Assembly (NCBI GenBank): GCA_964387325.1
Contig: CAYLYE010000004.1
Coordinates: 1,661 to 65,660, forward strand
Origin: an uncultured Planctomycetaceae bacterium
GTDB lineage: Bacteria > Planctomycetota > Planctomycetia > Pirellulales > PNKZ01
DNA length: 64,000 bases
Direction: 5' to 3'
The notes beneath the pieces are model-generated. The model did not search any database. It saw only the letters and a program-made list of their open reading frames with translations, and was not told the DNA's origin. Made by a program: the position numbers and the translations under genes. Of the stretch, positions 38,063 to 47,305 are shown piece after piece (position 1 is the first letter of the stretch; each line of letters starts with the position of its first letter).

Positions 38063-38695
38063 TTACTTGATCTCACGAATCACGATGTCTTTGTACCACG
38101 CCTCGCTCGGTGGTCCGCCGTGAATTTGCACCGCGATCAGGCCCCGTTGTTCGAGCGTGTCGTCAGGCTCGGTGTAATCGACGGTCAATTGGCCGTTGAT
38201 GGACAGTTGAATGCGTTTACCTTCGCACCGAATGACGTACTCGTTCCAATCATCACGACGCAACACCTTGTCGACGACCGCCTTGTCGGCCGCGGCGAGC
38301 ACCTTGCGGCGCCGCGACTCATCGTACAGACTCCCCCACCAGCCATCGCCGAGATCAGCTTGATAACCGATCATCTCGAAGTGGTCAGGAATGCGACGGC
38401 TGCGGATTTGAATTCCGGCATTGGCTTTTTCGCCGAGCACTTTAAATTTCAGTCGCAGCTCGAAATCGGCAAACTCACGGTTGAAGGCGAGAAACTCGTT
38501 GTGCGGGATCTTCTCTTTGAGCGTGCCGCCGACGATGGCTCCGTCCTGGATGCGAAACGTCTTTTGAGTGTCCCCCTGCCAATGGCTAAAACTTTTACCG
38601 TCGAACAGTGTGATCGGCGGTCCTAACTCGCCGGCAGCGAGCGCCGTTGAAAAAGTCAGCAGTACAGCCAGCGCCAGCAGCGAGGGTCGCGACAT
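38063..38695 (-). CDS. DUF1080 (3-keto-disaccharide hydrolase-like) domain protein, secreted
   Basis: Signal peptide LLALAVLLTFSTALAAG. LFDGKSFSHWQGD, FRIQDGAIVGG, FELRLKFKV and GLIAVQIHGG are present. It is a paralogue of 18871-19572. Confidence 0.8.
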   Translation of the reverse strand: MSRPSLLALAVLLTFSTALAAGELGPPITLFDGKSFSHWQGDTQKTFRIQDGAIVGGTLKEKIPHNEFLAFNREFADFELRLKFKVLGEKANAGIQIRSRRIPDHFEMIGYQADLGDGWWGSLYDESRRRKVLAAADKAVVDKVLRRDDWNEYVIRCEGKRIQLSINGQLTVDYTEPDDTLEQRGLIAVQIHGGPPSEAWYKDIVIREIK

Positions 38696-38889
38696 GGTGT
38701 CGTCTCCGGGGGCAGTTTATCGAGGCGTGAAGGGGAGCCCTTTAGCATAATCATCGCCGCGGGGTTGCAAAGTCATAAACTGCCCTGCGGGCCCCGCTTC
38801 CACAGCGGATTTAGCCCAATTGCTTGCATCGACGCGCGTGGTCGGCGATCATCCAGGCATTGCCGTGGCTTTATCTTTGGAGACTTCTT

Positions 38890-40236
38890 ATGCGCTCGTG
38901 CTTGTTCGTTTGGTTTGTGCTCATCACCTGCGGAATGATCCATGACGCCGCGGCGCAATGGAAGGCTGGGGCGGCCAAGGTGACCATTACACCTGAGCAA
39001 CTCATGTGGATGAGCGGTTACGGAGGACGAGACCATACGGCCGAGGGGAAGCTGACCGAGCTCTGGGGCAAAGCCGTGGCGCTGCAAGACCCCCAGGGGG
39101 AGCGAGCCGTGCTCGTGACACTCGACCTCGTGGGCATCGATCGTTCCACCGCCGAGCACATCTGTGCCGCCGCCGCCGAGCGATTCAAATTGCGACGTGA
39201 GCAAATTGCGATCAACTGCTCGCACACGCATTGCGGTCCGGTCGTGGGACACAACCTGGGCGCGATGTACTCGTTCGACGCCGTCGAGCGGCAACGCGTC
39301 GACATCTATACGCGGCAATTAGAGTCCAAGCTCGTCGATCTGATTGGGGCCGCGTTGCAAAAGCTTGCCCCGGCGCGGATTGAATACTCCGAAGGGACGT
39401 GCGATTTTGCCGTGAACCGTCGCGCCAACAAAGAAGCCGACGTGCCGCAACTACGCGCCGCGGGACAGCTCAAAGGCCCTGTCGATCATCGCGTTCCCGT
39501 GTTGGCCGTTAAGAATGCCCAAGGCGAGTTGTTGGCAGTCACGTTCGGCTACGCCTGCCACGCGACGGTGTTGAGCTTTTATCAGTGGTGTGCGGATTAC
39601 CCCGGCTATGCCATGGACGCAGTCGAGCGTAAACATCCGGGCGCGATTGCGTTGTTCTGGGCAGGCTGCGGCGCCGATCAGAATCCGATCCCGCGGCGCC
39701 AAGTTGAACTCGCTCAGCAATACGGCGAACGGCTGGCGAAGTCAGTCGAAGCCGTGCTCGAGGGGAAGCTTAACGAGGTGCAGGGGAAACTGTCGACACG
39801 CTATGCAGAAATCCCGCTCGGCTTCGATACACTTCCGACGCGTGACGAGCTGGTGAGCCAATCGCAAGACAAAAATAAATTCATTGTTCTGCGGGCCAAG
39901 AGCCTACTGGCAAAGATCGATGGGGGGACTCCATTGAGCCCGACGTATCCGTATCCGGTACAGGTGTGGCACGTTGGGAATGAGCTTCGTTGGGTCGTGC
40001 TCGGAGGAGAAGTGGTGGTAGACTTTTCGTTACGGTTGGCGAAAGAGTTGGGGCCCCGCCCGACCTGGATCGCCGGCTACTCGAACGACGTGATGGCCTA
40101 CATACCTTCGTTGCGTGTGTTGAAGGAAGGGGGCTACGAAGGGGCTTCTGCGATGATCTATTACGGCTTGCCCACGAGCTGGAACAGCACGGTTGAAGAG
40201 TCGATCGTGGCCAAGGTGCATGAACTGGCGAAGTAA
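38890..40236 (+). CDS. Neutral/alkaline non-lysosomal ceramidase-like N-terminal-domain hydrolase, secreted
   Basis: ATG at 38890 gives a signal peptide. KAGAAKVTITPEQLMWMSGYGGRDHTAEG ... AVLVTLDLVGID ... INCSHTHCGPV resembles the ceramidase N-terminal fold family. Confidence 0.65.
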   Translation: MRSCLFVWFVLITCGMIHDAAAQWKAGAAKVTITPEQLMWMSGYGGRDHTAEGKLTELWGKAVALQDPQGERAVLVTLDLVGIDRSTAEHICAAAAERFKLRREQIAINCSHTHCGPVVGHNLGAMYSFDAVERQRVDIYTRQLESKLVDLIGAALQKLAPARIEYSEGTCDFAVNRRANKEADVPQLRAAGQLKGPVDHRVPVLAVKNAQGELLAVTFGYACHATVLSFYQWCADYPGYAMDAVERKHPGAIALFWAGCGADQNPIPRRQVELAQQYGERLAKSVEAVLEGKLNEVQGKLSTRYAEIPLGFDTLPTRDELVSQSQDKNKFIVLRAKSLLAKIDGGTPLSPTYPYPVQVWHVGNELRWVVLGGEVVVDFSLRLAKELGPRPTWIAGYSNDVMAYIPSLRVLKEGGYEGASAMIYYGLPTSWNSTVEESIVAKVHELAK

Positions 40237-40324
40237 GCGAACAGCGATTAACACGCCAACCATTCCCTCGCACGAAGGCAGCGCCTGCAGCGCGAGTTCC
40301 TGCCATTGATGAGGGGGGGGCGGA

Positions 40325-40957
40325 TCAAGTCGAGTGCGAGGGCTCTGAATCGAATTCAGCTTCGATCGCAAAGCGGATCAGCGCCACTAGGTTGGTGACA
40401 CCCAGTTTTTTCATCATGCGCGTGCGTCGACCTTCGACCGCGGTGCGAGTGATGCCGATTTCGGTGGCAATCTCGCGGTTGTTCAAACCGCGCAACAGGA
40501 GACGCAACAGCTCTCGATCGGCTTCGTTCAGCAGAGCGAGACGACTTTGCCTTTCTAGTAATTGTGCATGGGCGGCTCGACGCTTGGCGTCTTGTGTCAG
40601 CCCTCGCTGAACGGCTTCCCAGAGGTCATGTTCGCTGAAGCTTCGCTTGGGCAAGTAGTCAGTCAACCCTTGTCGCATCAAACCGATGACGGATGAGATA
40701 TCGGTTTCGCCGGAGATACAAATCAACGGCGGAGTTAGCGGTGCCGAAGCTAATTTTACCGGCAACGGGACCCCGTCGACGGTGGGTGTGCCGTCGAATA
40801 TGACGCAGCCCGCTCTGGTAACATCGAAGTCCTCGCAGAACTCGGTCGCATTCGAATACGCCCGAACGTTTAGGCCCATGGCTTCGAGCGACGATTTAAG
40901 CGTTGCTCGATTTTCTGGGTCGTTATCGATGACAGAGATTGTTGGAGCGGCAGTCAC
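40325..40957 (-). CDS. Response regulator, receiver + LuxR/FixJ-type HTH (slightly atypical acid pocket)
   Basis: GTG start. The receiver has IDNDPE (Asn where the second pocket Asp usually sits), a putative phospho-Asp in CVIFDG, then ISGETD and a Lys in LPKRS. The C-terminal HTH is REIATEIGITRTAVEGRRTRMMKKLGV. Confidence 0.8.
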   Translation of the reverse strand: MTAAPTISVIDNDPENRATLKSSLEAMGLNVRAYSNATEFCEDFDVTRAGCVIFDGTPTVDGVPLPVKLASAPLTPPLICISGETDISSVIGLMRQGLTDYLPKRSFSEHDLWEAVQRGLTQDAKRRAAHAQLLERQSRLALLNEADRELLRLLLRGLNNREIATEIGITRTAVEGRRTRMMKKLGVTNLVALIRFAIEAEFDSEPSHST

Positions 40958-41183
40958 GGGGAATTATTCGCCTATTTGCCAGGCGCGAGAAAAACAGGAC
41001 GTGTCATCCAACCGAACATGACAGCGGAGCGTGCGAGTGCACTCAATTTCTCGCGATCACAGCCATTTGATGACTCGATATCGAACTATTCTACCAAGCA
41101 ATGAATAGCATATCGAATTCCGGAGGCGTGCAAGACCACGCCGGGCTATCGGAGTGCCACACCCATGAGTTGTATCGATGTGG

Positions 41184-41804
41184 TTATTTATCGACTTGAA
41201 TGCCAGCATCGAGCGCGAACCGAACCAGTTCGGGCAATGAGTTGACGTCGAGCTTCTGCATCACGCGCGCACGACGGTCTTCGATAGCCCGTTGACTTAC
41301 CCCGAGTAACGAGGCAATGCGCTTGTTGGGATGGCCTGCCAGCACGAGATCGAGAACATCGCGCTCGGGTCGGCTCAGCAGGTTGAGCTGATCTTCGAGC
41401 GACCGGCGTTTGAGATAGCCTTGGCGAAATTCTTTATCCGAGGCAATGGCGCGCTGCACGCTGTCGCTCAATTCGGACTCGGCGAACGTTTTTTGCAGAA
41501 AATCGATGGCGCCCTGTTTCATCGCGCGCAGGGCGGTAGGCACTTCGGCGTGGCCGGTGAGGATGATGATCGGCGGACAGAGGGGAAACGCGGCGAGTTT
41601 CTCTTGCAAGGCGAGTCCGCCGAGCTGGGGCATGCGGACATCGAGAATGATACAACCCGGCCTTGTCTCGTCGAAGCATTTTAAAAACTCTTCTCCGGAA
41701 GCATAAGCTTCTGGTTTTAAGCCAATCGAAAGGATGAGCACGGCCAGTGAGTCACGGAAGGCTGGATCGTCATCGACGATAAAGACAGTAGGTTCGCTGG
41801 TCAT
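41184..41804 (-). CDS. FixJ-like response regulator (receiver + LuxR-type HTH)
   Basis: VFIVDDDPAFRDSL, IILDVRMPQLGG, ILTGHAEV and DFLQKTF, with the HTH KRIASLLGVSQRAIEDRRARVMQKLDV. The start overlaps the kinase stop by 4 nt. Confidence 0.9.
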   Translation of the reverse strand: MTSEPTVFIVDDDPAFRDSLAVLILSIGLKPEAYASGEEFLKCFDETRPGCIILDVRMPQLGGLALQEKLAAFPLCPPIIILTGHAEVPTALRAMKQGAIDFLQKTFAESELSDSVQRAIASDKEFRQGYLKRRSLEDQLNLLSRPERDVLDLVLAGHPNKRIASLLGVSQRAIEDRRARVMQKLDVNSLPELVRFALDAGIQVDK

Positions 41805-43471
41805 AGGATATGCCCCGTAGTGGCGATCGGTAAGTAGAATCGAAAAGTTGACCCGGCGTCCGAGGTCTGGACCTCCATTCGCCCCTCGTGGTCTTCAATA
41901 ATTGAGCGACTAATCGACAACCCCAACCCCACACCGTTGGATTTGGTAGTGAAGTAGGCGGAAAACAATTGTTCGACATGCTCGGGTTTGATGCCTGGCC
42001 CCGTGTCGCTCACTTCGACTTGAATGGTGCGCTCATCATAGCAGGTACGTATGGAGAGCAGTTTTTTGGGCACCGAGGAATCTTGCATCGCCTCGATGGC
42101 ATTGCGCACTAAGTTGAGCAGCACCTGTTCGATTTGAACGGCATCGGCAACGATCGTTGGCAGCGATTCGTCGAGCGTCAACTCAAGGCGGACCGGTTCG
42201 TAGTTGGCGCTGGCCGCTTGCATCACCGGAACCGATAGAGAGACGACGCGTTCGATGAGCCGATTGGCATTGACCATGGTTCGCGCGCCACCGTCTTTTT
42301 TCATAAATGCGCTAAGCCGTTTGACGATCTCAAGGGCACGCGTTGTTTGGGAGACGGTCTTTTCCATCAACGCGATCAGTTGCTGCGGCGGAAGTCCTTG
42401 ATTGGATTGAGCAAAGCGAATGCAGGCTCGGGCGTAATTGGCGGCTGCGGCTAAGGGTTGATTGAGTTCATGGGCAAGTTCGGAAAACATTTGTCCAACC
42501 GTGCTGAGTCGCGCGACATGGGCGAGGTCGTTGAGGTATTTCCGCGCTCGATCCTCGGCCGTTCTTCGGGCGGTAATGTCGACAATCGCGCTGAGCACAA
42601 ACGATTCGTCGCTGGTCTTGATCGGGTTGAGACCAATCTCGACGGGAAATTCAGTGCCGTCACTCCGGCGGCCGTAGAGGTCGCGTCCCGCGCCCATCAG
42701 TCGCACAACCGGTGATCCAAAATATCGTTCGCGACTCGCCGGATGACCGGACTTATAACGATCGGGCACGAGTATTTCCACGCTCTGACCGATCAGTGCT
42801 TCGCGTTGGTAACCGAACATTTTTTCGGTTTGCGCATTCACGGAGACGATCTTGCCCGACATGTTGACCAACACAATCGCGTTGATCGACAACTCGGCCA
42901 TGACTCGCAAACCGTCATCGGTGCGGCGTTGATCGGTGATGTCGCGCGTGATGATCGTGTAGCCGCGGAGTTTGCCCTCGTCGTTTCGCAGCGGAGCGAT
43001 CACCAGCGAGGCCCAGAACTCACCGCCATCTTTACGTACGCGCGGAGCTTCAAACGCCATGCGTCCGGATTTAGCCGCTTCGCACAGATCTTGTCGCGCC
43101 TTGTTGGCAAGCGTGTCAACGGCTCGATCGAGGCAAGCGACATGGCTGCCAATGATTTCCGAGTCGCGATAGCCGTAAAGTTGCTCTGCACCGGCGCTCC
43201 AGCTAACGACCCGTCCGTGCGCGTCCAAGACGGCGATGGCAAAATCATCGAGTTGATCGATGAACAGCTGCAATAACTGGTCGCGTTTGCGAAGCGCTTC
43301 ATTGGAGTTCGGTTTGATCTTGTTGGTTGAACGCGACGACAGCTCGCTCGGTTTGCTTTGCTGCAAGTCGCTCGATTGGCTTAGATCAGCCATTGGCTTG
43401 ACCTCGAAGCAGAAAGGAACTCCGGCGAGCATCACCCAACCTGAGATCGTCAGGCTTGCGTGAGCCGCCAT
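41801..43471 (-). CDS. Cytoplasmic PAS-PAS sensor histidine kinase (FixL-like architecture)
   Basis: Two PAS segments (IAVLDAHGRVVSWSAGAEQLYGYRDSEIIG; IVLVNMSGKIVSVNAQTEKMFGYQREALIG), the H-box FSELAHELNQPL, and N/G boxes LLNLVRNAIEA and DTGPGI...GVGLGLSI. No TM helix. The true start may be the internal Met at MADLSQ. Confidence 0.88.
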   Translation of the reverse strand: MAAHASLTISGWVMLAGVPFCFEVKPMADLSQSSDLQQSKPSELSSRSTNKIKPNSNEALRKRDQLLQLFIDQLDDFAIAVLDAHGRVVSWSAGAEQLYGYRDSEIIGSHVACLDRAVDTLANKARQDLCEAAKSGRMAFEAPRVRKDGGEFWASLVIAPLRNDEGKLRGYTIITRDITDQRRTDDGLRVMAELSINAIVLVNMSGKIVSVNAQTEKMFGYQREALIGQSVEILVPDRYKSGHPASRERYFGSPVVRLMGAGRDLYGRRSDGTEFPVEIGLNPIKTSDESFVLSAIVDITARRTAEDRARKYLNDLAHVARLSTVGQMFSELAHELNQPLAAAANYARACIRFAQSNQGLPPQQLIALMEKTVSQTTRALEIVKRLSAFMKKDGGARTMVNANRLIERVVSLSVPVMQAASANYEPVRLELTLDESLPTIVADAVQIEQVLLNLVRNAIEAMQDSSVPKKLLSIRTCYDERTIQVEVSDTGPGIKPEHVEQLFSAYFTTKSNGVGLGLSISRSIIEDHEGRMEVQTSDAGSTFRFYLPIATTGHIL

Positions 43472-43879
43472 GGTTCATTCACTGCGCAGTCCACAATAAA
43501 TATTCGGTTGAATCGAATGCTGATCATGACCTCTATAGAACTCGACGCAATGTTGCTCGTGGGAGCACTTCGCGCAAACCAGCCCGCGCCAACAATGCAT
43601 TTGCCACGATGCGATGTCGCACCCAGTTTCACCCCTAGTGACGATGGTCCGATTGCTCCCAATCTCGAACGAGACACGGCGAATGAGTAAATGATGAGAA
43701 CACAAAGCAAGAGATGCGTGGTAATCCACGTTCGGGTGGCGAGTTCCCACGAAAAACAACCCCTGCCCAGATTGCCCATCTTATGGTTTCTCGTCCTCAA
43801 AGTCACGCTCGTGGCAACCAGCAACTTTAGGGCACGTCTTCTGACTCCGAACGAATCCGTAGCTACGGGAAACCTATTC

Positions 43880-44398
43880 ATGACCACGGTTCAAAAAACT
43901 CCGGCCTCGAATCAACGTCAGGTCGATGCGACCGGCACGATTCAGGTCGTCAGCTTTCGGCTGGCCAACGAAGAGTACGGTATCGAGATCACCAAAGTTC
44001 AAGAGATCATTCTTGTCGGTGAGATTACCCGAGTCCCACAGACCGCCGCGTACATCAAGGGACTCATCAACCTGCGCAGCATGGTCATCCCGATCGTCGA
44101 TCTGCGATTGCGATTTGGCATGCCCGAAGAGTCGTACACCGACGAAACGCGGATCATGGTGATGAACGTGGCCGGCAAAACGATTGGCATTGTCGTGGAT
44201 GCCGTTAGCGAAGTCTTACGAATCTCGAAGGAGCAAGTTGCTCCTCCGCCGCCGACCGTCAGCGGACTCGGCCGCGATTATCTGACCGGACTAGCCAAGC
44301 TGGAAAAGCGGTTGCTGATCCTGCTCGATGTCGACCGGTTGCTGTCCGATCCGAGTGCCGCGATCGAGCTCGAGCCGGCTGAAGCTGTGGCCGTCTAA
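43880..44398 (+). CDS. cheW: Chemotaxis coupling protein CheW
   Basis: ATG at 43880 chosen because the track extension from 43691 is low-GC and non-protein-like. VVSFRLANEEYGIEITKVQEI ... IKGLINLRSMVIPIVDLR ... IGIVVDAVSEVL is the CheW fold signature. Confidence 0.9.
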   Translation: MTTVQKTPASNQRQVDATGTIQVVSFRLANEEYGIEITKVQEIILVGEITRVPQTAAYIKGLINLRSMVIPIVDLRLRFGMPEESYTDETRIMVMNVAGKTIGIVVDAVSEVLRISKEQVAPPPPTVSGLGRDYLTGLAKLEKRLLILLDVDRLLSDPSAAIELEPAEAVAV

Positions 44399-44458
44399 CC
44401 ATTTTTTTCCGACATGCGTCTCTTTCATAAAAACAATTTCAATCAAGGCTGAACGAAC

Positions 44459-46360
44459 ATGAGTACTGTCCTGAAAGTAAAAAAGAGCACTCCCAAGACG
44501 AATCCGAATAGTGCATTGGCTCTGCAAGCCAAGTTGGATGAGTCGAATGCGAACACCCAAGCCCTGGTCAAGTTAATGGAGGCGCTCTCCACGGCGCAAT
44601 CAGCCGACGAGGCCACCAACGTGGCACTCGAGACGGTCAAAGCAGAATTCGGCTGGGCCTACGGATCGTTCTGGAAAGTGAACGAACGAGACCGCGTCTT
44701 ACGTTTCGCCTCCGAGTCAGGATCAGTCAATCCTGATTTTCGTCGCGTGACCATGGAAGCTAGTTTCCGCGAAGGGGAAGGGCTCAGCGGCCGTGCCTGG
44801 CGGCAGCGCGATTTGGTGTTCTGCGAAGACATTGGCCAAATGACCGATTGTTGTCGCGCTCCGGTCGCACAACGAGCCGGGGTCAAGTCGGGCGTTTGCT
44901 TCCCGGTGATGGTCGATGGTTCCGTGATCGGGACAATGGACTTCTTTGCCTTGGAAACGTTGCAACCGTCGGTCGAACGACTCGATGTGCTACGGACCGT
45001 GGGACGCCTGGTATCGAAGGCGATTCAAGACGCGCGCCGCGCCACGGCCGCGCTCGAAAAAGCCGCCATCGTCGAGAATGTGCCCGTTAACGTGATGCTG
45101 GCGAACAACGAAGGCATCATCACCTATATGAATCCGGCCTCAGAAAAGACGCTCCGGACGATCGAAAACCAGCTGCCGATCAAAGTCGACACGATCGTTG
45201 GCAAGAGCTACGACATCTTCCACAAGAATGCGGCTCATCAACGTCGTTTACTGGCTGACCCGAAAAACTTGCCCCATAAGGCCGAGATCAAGGTCGGCAC
45301 TGATACGCTCTCTCTGGCCGCCTCGGCGGTTTACGATTCGGCCGGAAAATACGCGGGCCCGATGGTGATTTGGGAGGTGATTACCGAGAAACTGCTCGCC
45401 GAACAGCGCGAACAGGATTTACGTCAGCGCGAACGTGAGAACCAAGAAGCTTTGCGTCACAAAGTTGATCAGATTCTGAGTGTGGTCAATGCGGGCGCCG
45501 AAGGAGACTTGACTGCAGAGTTGACCGTGACCGGTGAGGACGCGGTGGGTGAATTGGCCAACGGCCTGCGGCGCATGATGGGGGATCTGCGTGACATTAT
45601 CACGCAAGTTATCGACGGCGCCTCGCAGTTCACCGAAGGTGCTCGCGTCGTCTCGGAAAGTTCGCAAACCTTGGCGCAGGGCGCGCAAACGCAAAGTGCC
45701 TCGGTCGAGCAAATGAGCGCGACGATCGAAGAGCTGACTCGCAGCATTGAAGCGGTTAAAGACAACGCCGCAGGCGCAAGCGACGTCGCCCAGCAGACCA
45801 GCACGCTGGCAACCGATGGCGGCGCGGCGGTTCGCAAGTCGGTCGACGCAATGGAACGGATCAAAGCCTCGTCGACGCAAATCAGCGAAATCATTCAAGT
45901 GATTTCGGAGATTGCCAGCCAGACCAACTTGCTGGCACTGAATGCCGCAATTGAAGCAGCCCGCGCCGGCGAGCATGGTCTAGGATTCGCCGTAGTGGCC
46001 GACGAAGTGCGTAAACTCGCGGAACGCTCGAGTGAAGCCGCGAAAGAAATATCGACCTTGATTAAAGAGTCGACCCAACGCGTGGGTGAAGGGGCTACGC
46101 TGAGCGCACAGACCGGCGAAGCGCTCAATCGGATCATCGATAGTGCCCAGGCGACCGCGAAGAAGATTACTGAGATCGCCTCGGCTGCTGTCGAGCAAGC
46201 ACAAAGCGCGGTAGAAGTCTCCAAAGCGATCCAACAAATCTCGCAAGTCACTGAGCAGGCGGCTGCAGGAAGCGAGGAAATGGCCTCCAGCAGCGAGCAG
46301 CTTGGCGCTCAGGCCTCATCGCTACGCGATCTGGTCGCGCGGTTCCGCGTAGCTAAGTAA
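44459..46360 (+). CDS. Soluble methyl-accepting chemotaxis protein with GAF-like and PAS sensor domains
   Basis: No TM helix. GAF-like segment [10 protein letters not shown]...[20 protein letters not shown]...[18 protein letters not shown], then [26 protein letters not shown] and a HAMP-like linker. The signalling hairpin is [41 protein letters not shown]. Confidence 0.9.
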   Translation: MSTVLKVKKSTPKTNPNSALALQAKLDESNANTQALVKLMEALSTAQSADEATNVALETVKAEFGWAYGSFWKVNERDRVLRFASESGSVNPDFRRVTMEASFREGEGLSGRAWRQRDLVFCEDIGQMTDCCRAPVAQRAGVKSGVCFPVMVDGSVIGTMDFFALETLQPSVERLDVLRTVGRLVSKAIQDARRATAALEKAAIVENVPVNVMLANNEGIITYMNPASEKTLRTIENQLPIKVDTIVGKSYDIFHKNAAHQRRLLADPKNLPHKAEIKVGTDTLSLAASAVYDSAGKYAGPMVIWEVITEKLLAEQREQDLRQRERENQEALRHKVDQILSVVNAGAEGDLTAELTVTGEDAVGELANGLRRMMGDLRDIITQVIDGASQFTEGARVVSESSQTLAQGAQTQSASVEQMSATIEELTRSIEAVKDNAAGASDVAQQTSTLATDGGAAVRKSVDAMERIKASSTQISEIIQVISEIASQTNLLALNAAIEAARAGEHGLGFAVVADEVRKLAERSSEAAKEISTLIKESTQRVGEGATLSAQTGEALNRIIDSAQATAKKITEIASAAVEQAQSAVEVSKAIQQISQVTEQAAAGSEEMASSSEQLGAQASSLRDLVARFRVAK

Positions 46361-46382
46361 CTGGTCACCTCACAACCAATGA

Positions 46383-46415
46383 CCTGGTCCGCCGCCAGTG
46401 TGGCGGCGGACCAGG
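46383..46415 (+). terminator. Perfect 15-bp stem / 3-nt loop hairpin between mcp and cheR (attenuator or RNA-stability element; no U-tract)
   Basis: cctggtccgccgcca (46383-46397), gtg loop, then tggcggcggaccagg (46401-46415). It starts 23 nt after the MCP stop codon and ends 11 nt before the cheR ATG. Confidence 0.5.
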
Positions 46416-46425
46416 GGGGAAACAC

Positions 46426-47289
46426 ATGATGCCCACGACCATTCTGAGTTCCGATGTGACACCCCGCCAGCTCGATCAGTTTGCAAAACTGATTTACCAG
46501 CGGATCGGGGTCTCCATCTCGCCGCAAAAAATCACCTTGCTTTCTAACCGCTTGCGCCGCCGACTGCGTCAGAACGGCATGACCTGCTACAGCAAGTACT
46601 ACGAGTATCTGTGCAAAGCCGCTCCGAACGATCCTGAATGGGAAGGGTTCTTGCAAGAGGTTACAACCCACGAGACCTACCTGTTTCGCGATCAACACCA
46701 CTGGGATTGGCTCCGCGAGACGTATGTTCCCGAACTCCTCGCGCAGGCCCGCGGCTCTTCGCGACCAACGAAAGTGCGTGTCTGGTCGGCCGCGTGCAGC
46801 ACGGGTGATGAAGCAACGACCATCGCCTGCTGTCTGGCTGATCGCTTGAGTCCGGCAAATATTTGGAAAATCGACATCCTTGGAACCGACATCGGAGCCG
46901 GCGCTGTTGAGCAAGCCCGAGGTTTAACGTTCGGCGAACGGGCAATGCGCCTCGTTCCCGATTCATATAAACGTCGCTTCTTTTCGGCCACGGCGCCGAA
47001 CGGCAGTTGGGTTGCCAAGCCGGCGATCCAAGACACGCTACGCTTCGATGTTCATAACCTGCTCGAGCCGCTCAACGAACCGCCCTTCGACCTAATCGTG
47101 CTGAAAAATGTGCTGATTTACTTCGATGCGCAGTCCAAGCAAAAAGTGCTCGTCAACGTGCGTCGCATGTTGCGACCAGGCGGCGCCATCATCACAGGTC
47201 CGGCCGACGGGGCATCCGAGTATCTCACAAACTTTCGCTCGTCCCAAGGCTGGCTGCATCGTCCCATGAACTCAGCCTCAACGACCTAA
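46426..47289 (+). CDS. cheR: Chemotaxis protein methyltransferase CheR
   Basis: ETYLFRDQHHW and the SAM-binding VWSAACSTGDEATTIA, plus LKNVLIYFD. GGGGGGA precedes the ATG. Confidence 0.92.
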   Translation: MMPTTILSSDVTPRQLDQFAKLIYQRIGVSISPQKITLLSNRLRRRLRQNGMTCYSKYYEYLCKAAPNDPEWEGFLQEVTTHETYLFRDQHHWDWLRETYVPELLAQARGSSRPTKVRVWSAACSTGDEATTIACCLADRLSPANIWKIDILGTDIGAGAVEQARGLTFGERAMRLVPDSYKRRFFSATAPNGSWVAKPAIQDTLRFDVHNLLEPLNEPPFDLIVLKNVLIYFDAQSKQKVLVNVRRMLRPGGAIITGPADGASEYLTNFRSSQGWLHRPMNSASTT

Positions 47290-47305
47290 CCAACAAGTTG
47301 CAACC

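Noticed and set aside
43691-43879. 63-codon N-terminal extension of cheW and the 145-aa minus-strand ORF 43450-43887
   Set aside because: The region is lower in GC and the translations are Arg/Val/Cys-rich nonsense. The CheW fold starts shortly after the ATG at 43880. The region is treated as the divergent promoter region.
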